From Amoeboaphelidium protococcarum X5 (lineage: Eukaryota > Fungi > Aphelidiomycota), in assembly GCA_023515725.1 (NCBI GenBank), contig JALDTO010000098.1:90615-154614 (forward strand): DNA of 64,000 nucleotides, written 5' to 3'. A program made the position numbers and the translations under genes. Numbering within the stretch: position 1 is the first letter of the stretch; the number at the start of each line of letters is the position of its first letter. Of this stretch, positions 55,278 to 64,000 are shown piece after piece. The notes under the pieces are model-generated. The model did no database searches, had not been told where the DNA came from, and saw only the letters and a list, made by a program, of their open reading frames with translations.

Positions 55278-55861
55278 TCAATTATTCAATTACATGATGT
55301 GCTTAAAGTCTTGTAATTCGACGCGTCCTACACAAATAATATACAAGTAAGATCGTAAGAGTATTGAGTAGCCACACGATAAATTACCGTCTCCGTCATT
55401 ATCTGCCACGGCAATCATCTCCTGGATTTCTTCATCAGTATATTCCTCACTAAGTTCCTTCAACAGTTTTCTCAAACTATCATATGTAAGGAAGCCTTCA
55501 CCATCAACGTCAAACAAGCGAAATGCCTTCTCATAAGCTTCAGTTTAGCTTTGATCATTCTACAACAATACGAATATTCTTACAAAAGACACGTCATACT
55601 AATAAAACATACCAAGAATGCTTTTAAGCTGGATATAAATTCCTGTTCACCAACCACATTACTTTTGAAATTGTTGGTCATATAATCCTCCAAAGATTTG
55701 TCTGACAATTCGTAATGAAGAGCCTTCAAAACCAACGGGACATCACTTCTGGAGATAAAACCATCTTGCTCTTTATCAAAAAGCTTAAAGGCCTCTTTAA
55801 TCTAAAGAGTAAATTCTTTATCTGCAGCACTTGATGATTTCGACTGTCTCCGTCGCGTCAT
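55278..55861 (-). CDS. Centrin/calmodulin-like EF-hand protein (introns 55560-55612, 55328-55387)
   Basis: IKEAFKLFDKEQDGFI, KAFRLFDVDGEGFL, EIQEMIAVADNDGDGRVELQDF. Confidence 0.88.
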
Positions 55862-56032
55862 ATTGATAAATTGTAAAGAGTGTCGTATATGGTTTCAACG
55901 AGCAGACAGAAACGCGACTTCCGTTCAGTGAGCGATTACATGAAATGAAAGAAGTTTCCGTCTGTTCGCTCAAGATCTGCATTCCTTTCAGAAGAGAGGG
56001 TGAACAGTGAGTATTCTATTAGTGTGTAAACT

Positions 56033-58021
56033 ATGGATATAAAGAAATATGTCAAAGTTGATGCCAAGTAAAAGAAGGGGAACTCTATCGAGAGAGAATT
56101 TAAATTCATGTTGCGGCAAGACTTGAAAACTGCAGAATCGCAGTATGCACAAGGCAACTTTGAACAAGCACTGGCATCTTTCTACACTGTAACAATCATT
56201 TACAAATTGATAAGACTATTCATACACTTACCATCCATGTAGATATATAGATAATCTTGGAATTACAGAACTGTGCCAGAAGTATCGTATGGTGTTGCTA
56301 AATGTCTTGTCAAGTTGAAACGTCATCAAGACGCGGTTAGATATCTGAATGTGGCTAGATATTACAATCCACACTTTGCACCTGTAATATTTGACTTTAA
56401 CTTATTTTCAAAGCTTCTCTAATATATTGAATTGATTTGTAGAGTTATTTGCTGAGTACCAAGGTGTATTTGTATCTGAAACAATGGCCTCTCTCTCTAG
56501 ACATTCTTGATGTTGGATTGGACAATGTTTTAAAAGAAGACTCTCTGTACCGGGTATACTTATCTTATAATCTGTGTGTTAATATTCTTAAACTGATAAG
56601 CTGATGTGTAGGAATTGCTTTAAATGAAGTCGATGGTGCACACTAAACTCAAAGGGAAGAATATCGACACGAAGCAACGCGTCGCGCGTTTCAAGAATCA
56701 CTAGATGGACATTATCAATGTATTCCCTGCAGAGATTGTCTAGGAAATCTTTTAATATATTGGCAAGAAGGACACATTATTTGCATGTCTGGTTTCAAAA
56801 TCTTGGTATAAGTATTTCTCTAAATGTCCAATTGTCTGGAATAACTTGGCTTTGAAGTCTTCTCGCGTTGGTGATATATCGTCTCTGGACCGATTTTTCT
56901 AGCGTTTCAAAGATCCTTGGCTTAAGCGCTTGAATTTGTAAACTGATAACTCTCATGTTCAGTCATCTGCTCTCAAATTACTAAAGAAGACTGGGATCCG
57001 ATCAGTAGTGGACTTAAAGCTAAATTTGACACCTTGCTGTTTACCGCTGCTAAATGAGTGGGTTCGGTAGGCAGATTTCATGAGTCGTTTAAAGACTGTA
57101 TTTCTTCAGTCGGATTTAGGGAATTTACAAGACTGGGTCACTGTGTTCAAGTGCAATAATTTAGAAAATTTCTCAGTTGTTTTATAGTAGTATAGTGTGA
57201 GTAAAAATGTTATGAATAGCCTGGCTGATGTAGCTGACCTGTAATAGTTGCGCAAATTTGAGCTCATATCCCCCGGTAGTCGAATTACTGCTATTTCATT
57301 ATCTCTAATCATTGAATTTATAACATAAAAGACGAAGAATTTGGAGCATTTATCTTTTGCAATGTAAAATGAGGAGTTCCGTCTTCCTTAGGTAATATAA
57401 TCTCTGCCTCGATTAAAATCTTTGATGTGGCATCAGAGGATTGACCATAGACCATTTACTAGTTCTGTGATTGATCTATTACTAAGTGTTTAAACTTTAG
57501 AATGTTTAGATGTTGGCGGTTGGTTTAGTGATAGACATGCCGAGATATAACACGAGTAGACTTAAAGGCTTTAGTAACTGATATCGAGACTTTTTGCGCT
57601 GAGATTAGCTCACTGTGATTACTTGTTCTTGAGATGCTTTGATACTCTGCCATCAAATTATCTGACAAGGCTGTAATCCTTCTCAATAGATGGTTGTGTG
57701 AATGTACGGGCGAATGTAATAGTAAACCTGGTGTTGTGCAGTCCTGGTTTAATCGCTATAAGTATCAAGGATTAGCCAGATGTTGAAGATGGCCATTTAA
57801 AATCTATTGTAAACGCTGCTCCTTATTTAAACTCTATAACACTATCAAGATTACCGCAAATCACGTCTATTGGCGCATACTATCTTACTACGCTGGAATA
57901 CGTGAAAAATGTCAAGTTGATTTAGTGTGACAAGGTAGCATCTGCAGCTATCAAGGATCTATCGACATTCTTTACTAATAATCTCGGCGCATCCTTTGAG
58001 TCCAAGTTTACAATTGCATGA
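56033..58021 (+). CDS. TPR + F-box + LRR protein, Dia2/Pof3-like architecture (introns 56189-56242, 56384-56442, 56554-56611)
   Basis: TPR-like exons join in phase 0; F-box DIINVFPAEIVQEIFQYI..LVSKSW; many LxxLxL repeats; entirely missed by the ORF track. Confidence 0.82.
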
Positions 58022-58149
58022 TGTATATATAAAGTATTATTCACTTTAAATATGCTGATGTTGTCATTGACTGTATGATAAGCATTTATTTTTTCGACTT
58101 GACCATTTATTGCGAATCTCTCAATGCCGATTTTCACTCTTGGTTAACG

Positions 58150-59034
58150 ATGTGGAGACCAAAAAGGCGACTTTTGCGTGTAGTCGCGTCCGGCACAGCT
58201 CTGGCTCTACCTGCTTGGTATGCTTATTAGTACAGCAGCAATAATGGCGTATTTAATAAGAAAGAGAGTCTGTCTCCTTACAATAAATTCTACACTCCAT
58301 GCAAGATAATATCGAGTCAGCGAATATCACCATCAACTAAACTAATACGCGTCAGAGTACCAGCTGGAACTGATTACCCACCGAATAAAATTGTACACTT
58401 CAACATTAAAGAGCCGCATTCTCAAGGCTATCGGCCATTCACTCCTGTAAGTTTAGGTACTGATTACGTGGAGTTTATCGTAAAGAATTATCCAGCTCCC
58501 TTCGGTGAAGTTGCGCGATACATTAATTCATTGAATGAAGGGGATTCACTGGATTTACATGGCCCTCATATCACTGCCACTATTCCTGACGAACAGAATC
58601 TCATTGCAATAGTTGGAGGCACGGCAATAGCTCCTATAATGTAATTCATTTAGACTTTGCATTCTAAATAAAGCGATGAACGGAAGAGATCTCTCACTAT
58701 TCTGTATGGCAGTAAGAACCAGCAGGAGATTCTATTAAAAGACTCGCTAGACGAAATGATAAAGTCCAAGACTTTGGATATGCGCGTCGTTTACTTTGTC
58801 GATCAAATGAGTGGCAGCAAAGATGATCACATTAAAGAAGGATTCATATAATTAGAGGATATCCGATAGTATTGTCCATCACCAGCCACCACTCGAAACG
58901 GTGATGTGAAAGTTATTGTCAGTGGGAATGAGCAATTTATGAAGTACGTTTGTGGCGGCAATGTTTAGATTAAGCACATTGGTGGATTGCTTGGTGTTTT
59001 AGGATACATAGATCAAGAAGTGTTGAAATTGTGA
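58150..59034 (+). CDS. NADH-cytochrome b5 reductase-like flavoprotein (CYC2/MCR1-like)
   Basis: RPFTP, FIVKNY..GEVARYI, HGP, VGGTAIAPIMQ, GGLLGVLGY. Confidence 0.88.
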
Positions 59035-59379
59035 GTATTGTCTCATTGTTGACAAGAGATCTTGTCATGATGCTTTATTAGCTTCGACTTGATTTGACTC
59101 CAAAGTCAGATTTAGGACGCGTTCCATTTTATACAAATTTGCTAAATCTTAAGGTGACCTCTTGGGATGATTAGTCAATTTTAGATTATGTTCTACAGCG
59201 TAATGTACCTTTACACTATTGCAGTACCCCAGTGCCATCATCGTTGCAGCAAGGAATCGATCGTGACTTATCATCAAAGTTTGAAACCGCGAAGCTCTAA
59301 CTAATACAGCACAGCAATCGTTTCACTTTCTTCTCCTCCGAACTCAAATCAACATAATTTATAGTCCATTTAATCATTT

Positions 59380-59985
59380 ATGGATCGTTATCGCGATAAT
59401 TATTCGCGTTTGAATGCTGTGCCTGACGAAAATACTGATATGAACAGAGATACTGTAATCAATGAAGGTGATATCAAGGACATTGCTCATGTTGCACAAT
59501 CTGCTTAAGATGTCAACAGACGTCTTATGGTACAAGATAAGTTTGGTGAAAGAGTGTGCTCTGATGATGATGTTGCTCGTGCTTAAATTAGAGCAAATTC
59601 AATTTGTATGGAGCACATAAGACAAGAGAACCCTCGTGCTGAGGCACCAGATTGGTTTGCTGGAGCCTTTGCTGCGGCCAATGCACCAACTGTGGATCTC
59701 CTGAAACAACTGCTGATTGGACAACGCAAGTTGCATAACAAATCTTGTGGAGATGGAGTGACTGATCCTTGGGAGGAAGTTCCAACACCCAATGGCCAGA
59801 TGCCTCGTTAAGTTAATGATCAATTGCCAGAATTGAGCTCAGTAAATGACATAATTGCATTGACTGATGATCAGCTGGACTCCTATTTGGACTTGTACCA
59901 ACAACGTCGTTACCCACGCGAGTTGCCACCGAGCAAACGCAAAAAGCTGTTGAAAGCTATTGGCTCCTCTATCGTTCTGAACTGA
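59380..59985 (+). CDS. Hypothetical protein, Mug135-like family
   Basis: 201 aa; APDWF, N..GDG..PWEEVP..G..P..LP.L.SV..I..L..QL..YL..Y..RK..L..IG resembles the fungal Mug135-like C-terminal domain (from memory). Confidence 0.65.
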
Positions 59986-60277
59986 CTTTAAAATGAAGCA
60001 AACATGATCAAATACTGAATTAATATCACAAGGCATTAAACTATCATTTCCAGTTCTGCACTTAAATTCACAAGAAACGGGAGATCGTTGAAGACGATTG
60101 TGAGCGACTTACAAGTGAAGAAGGAAGTCTGTGGAGTGAGACACATGATTGAATTTGTATAAATAAAATTTAAGTTGAGTTCATATATAAAACATTATCT
60201 ATTATCTACTTTTTGATTCATTAAACAACAAATCATCAACCTTCCAAACCACCAATTCTAAAGACATCGTACTCACT

Positions 60278-61579
60278 TCAATCAACTTCACGTGAGAGTA
60301 ATTCTAGTTGATATCCTGTGTAAGACGCTTAAATTTTGCTATCAATATAATCTTTTAGCGCATAGTTGCTACCCAGTTTGCGTATGAACATGTATCTTTT
60401 GTCTACCAAATAATCCAACAACCAAGTGTCATCATCTTGAAAGGTTCTTGGACGCGTGGGGAAGAGACCAAAATCTGTGTACATGAAGTGGGTGCGCAGT
60501 ACCTTGTCAGAAGGCATAAGCCCAGATATCGTTGGATAATACACTTCATCTGGGATCAACATAAACTCCATCTGTGCCAGTTAAATTATCGCCTCTTACG
60601 AATTACGCATCATCCTAACAAAACTATTGGATAAAATCTACCACTGATCAGCTTTCCACGGAACCAGATCGCGGGATTGATATGACATCCACGGAGCTTG
60701 AAGAAGATAGCCGGCGAAATCGCCATTTTCAGAGGATAACGTATGAGGTCCTTTGAGGCGCGTCCATTTGTCATCTGCAAAGGTCCATTGTCTGAACCAA
60801 GATGTGCCTCTATTCCAGCGGAGTCTAGATATTATCTCCTCATTAGCTACCAATGGATAAGAATCACCACTAAGATTGATGTAGAACTCGCACGGTCCTG
60901 CATCTTGGAGCATAAAATACCCCGCGTGCTATGCCATCACAATGGACGAATGGCCCCAACGAACATCCTGCACAGACATGACAAAGATATTCTAATCGTT
61001 GGCATAATAAGACTGTAGCTCCTGAAACATTATTTGATTCTTTGCATCAACATGAATCACAAATAGAGTAGTTGGAGTCGTCAAGACTTTAACCAAACGC
61101 TTGACAGATTCGATATCATAGTGAACGAGCATATTGTAACCAATGGTGCACTAGTCCTTGCGTTATTGCAGCAACTTCTGATTAGACCCAAATGGTATCT
61201 AAGGAAAGTAACGCGAAGCGTCTATAGAGACTATGGTAGAGCCAGCTGAATTTATAGCTTGATAACACGTCAAACGCTTAATTTCAGATTTTTAGGGACA
61301 CGCACGATGAAACACATTAATCACGCCTTTAAAACTATTAACACATTCGCTGATTTTTAGGCCATTGTACTTTTTATTAAGGCGATATGCCTTATGGTCT
61401 AAATAAGTGGAGATATCCATAGACGATGCAGCGGCTTCCTTAAGTAATTAAGAGTTCACATCAATCTACGTACCTTCAAGATGAATACACCATTCCATGT
61501 GGCGCAAGGTGGCAATTCTCGCGCTCATCAAATATTGCAGCACTGATACTAATAGTAGACGTAGCGATATGAAATTCAT
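60278..61579 (-). CDS. GT14 (core-2/I-branching or xylosyltransferase-like) glycosyltransferase
   Basis: YNMLVH, IHVDAK, WGHSSIV, INLSGDSYPL, ADQW, IPDEVYY, FIRK. Confidence 0.87.
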
Positions 61580-62081
61580 TACGAGTATCAAGATATACAA
61601 TCTGGTGTTAAATCGAATGAAAAAATCTTATCAATTCTTCAACAATTGGGCCCTATTGCCCCTGATTTACGATAGAAGACCAAATTTCATCTAATTCAAC
61701 TGGATGATGTGGAGATTTCTAACGCTGCTGTATTAAGGTATTCATTACTTTAATAAAACAGCTTAATTTCTAGTTGTGGTATTGTTGATACGTGTCATTT
61801 ACTAATTGGCTTATCAATAACGTGGACAACTATGATTGGATATCATACAAGGTCAACAACAGTAAGTGAATAATCTATACAAAATCCGAAAAAACCAAAC
61901 TTAGATATGTTCGAATATCTACAATAACATAAGGAGTTGTAGATGTTGCGCATTTGATACGCACATACAGTAATTAACTGACATCTAGGCTTAACAAATA
62001 ACGCAGACAAAAGAATTAAACTCTGATAAAAGCCTCCAAGTTGAATTATATAACTTAATAACATCAAGATCATGTTAAGAA

Positions 62082-64000
62082 TCATTGTTTCTCATCCGTG
62101 TCAGATTCTTCTCCTTCAGTCCATTCGGCCATATTCATCTGCTCAACTTGTTCATGCAGAGCCGTCAACTCTGAAACTTTCTCGGCCAATTTAGGATTTA
62201 TCAGCACAGATATAAGGAATTAAATGCCACTCTACTGGTAAGCTTCAATCACCTTCATACTACACGCTGTACATTTATCATAAGCTCGGCCATCTAGAAA
62301 TACAGCTTGTCCGTAACGCAGGTAATATCTCACAGTGTGAGGCAGAATGCCCAGCTCTGATCCGCGAATCTCCTCATTAAGACCCACAACCCGGTGTTCA
62401 CTTGAACCAGCTGGCTATCTTTACTACTTCTACTATTAAAGCAGCGATATAAACAACTCCACTGCCTAAGCTGAACACATTGGAGCTAAAGCAGGACGTG
62501 TCACTGTACACTCTTAGTCTAATGAGCGAGCAGTCATGGAATTTGATGGTCCCACTACATCGTTGCAGAAATAACATCCCAGATTCGAATCTCTAAGACC
62601 ATGCCTCATAATCAAATAGGAATCGAATCCAAGTGCAGCATTTATACACAGCTTATTATGAAATTTTGCCATCAATGTGGGAATATATCGACTTTCTCTC
62701 GAGTCAGTCAGCAGAAAAATGACATTACATTCTTTAATCAGATTCTCTAATCGGCCAAGATCTCGTTGAAGTTAAATGATATCCTTATCCTGTAAACTCT
62801 ACTCATTCAAAGGAAGCCGGTCCCGTAAATGATCATAATGTCCTGGGCATGGAATTGTAAGCTGTTCAGCTCTGACTTTATACGATGGATTGATAGCAAG
62901 AAGATTAGTTCTGGCAACATCAACCTTATTCCTACCATAATCTGCAAAAGTATACAGAGGCTAACGTGGAAGATTGCTATAAGATACTTTGCCATTATCA
63001 ACAATTAAAAAATCTGTCACATTCCATCCGATCAAGGTGCGAACCACATTGCATCCGAGAGTACCCATTCCTAGCACTAGCACCTTCTGCTGTGCAATTG
63101 TGTCCAAATCTAGCTGTTGAACCATTCTCCATTTCATTAGACGCAAATTCAGGTCAATAGATTGATTACACAACAATGATGGATCGATACTATCAGAGAT
63201 ATCGACTATGCTAACTTATGCCTTCTCCCACCGAATTGCTTTGTATGACTTACTGCCATAACCGTTAAGCAAAGGCAAATTCGCGTGATAAAGGGTGTAT
63301 TGTTGAAGCTGATCATTCCATACATATATTTTAATATATTCCAACTTATATCGCACTTGCAGATAACTTAGGAAATTTCGCAACTGCCAGCACAATTCCA
63401 GCTGACTATCTGTAGTAGTTTAACTAATATGATTAGATCTTTACTTTACAACAAGGCTATATCCAGTCTACCACCCATGGCCTGCTTAAATCAAATTCTT
63501 TCCAACTTCATCATAGAAGCATACATTGGCTGACTGCTCATGTAAATACTCGTCAAATAGAGGCTATAAAGATGCAAGTTCTTGTGATTAATGTTCAATA
63601 TTAGAGACCGACGGCAGATAATTCACATCGAACAGTACAACAGGGTACGCAACAAAGTAATAAAACTTGTACTTTTTAACATCTGCAAAAGTCACCATTA
63701 AGAAACGACACGGATATTTAAAGAAATTCTAATTCTATTAGTTCGGAGCTGACATTTCGTTATAGATGGAGTCAACATATTCCAGCAGAAATTTTTACTT
63801 GTTAAACTCATTGAATTCTTTCAGTGTATTGAGATTCTTACAGACACCAACTGCCTATGCAAAAGACAGGGAATTCTATATGCTTTCATCATCAGTCTTC
63901 TCTACTTACTCCACACTATTATTATTGAGACTGGTATGGTCAAATATGACAGCATTAGCAGATATTTGAGCACTTATAGGAATCACTTCATCATTAAGTT
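62082..64000 (-). CDS. ATG7: Autophagy E1-like enzyme Atg7, 5'-partial
   Basis: [65 protein letters not shown]. Confidence 0.96.

Overview
Gene-dense eukaryotic, fungal-like nuclear DNA that uses a non-standard genetic code. TAA and TAG are read as Gln and TGA is the only stop (translation table 6), so the supplied ORF track is fragmented. The code plus the fungal-like gene content fits an aphelid such as Amoeboaphelidium protococcarum, but this is an inference, not a database result. Read in this code, about 30 host genes resolve cleanly, including POL2, CDC8, RPL36, a yippee gene, SLH1/ASCC3, UPF1, DPM2, DNA2, URA7, a PX-AGC kinase, glycogen synthase, ARF6, RPT4, NUP42, BNA6 and ATG7. The most notable object is a very compact (4487 bp), apparently recent Ty1/copia LTR retrotransposon at 27880-32366 (minus strand). 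It has identical 171-bp LTRs and an AAGAT target-site duplication, and it is inserted into an RGS-domain gene. It uses the host TAR=Gln code. It carries exactly one in-frame TGA, at the gag/protease boundary, which is a candidate for programmed stop-codon readthrough. Its primer-binding site matches the anticodon arm of tRNA-Ile(IAU), with G at the inosine position, suggesting half-tRNA priming. Other signals: all 13 inferred introns end in TGTAG, the unusually long RPL36 intron folds into an extended hairpin, the ASCC3-like helicase is C-terminally truncated, and there is a decayed gag relic. All coordinates and translations were done by hand.
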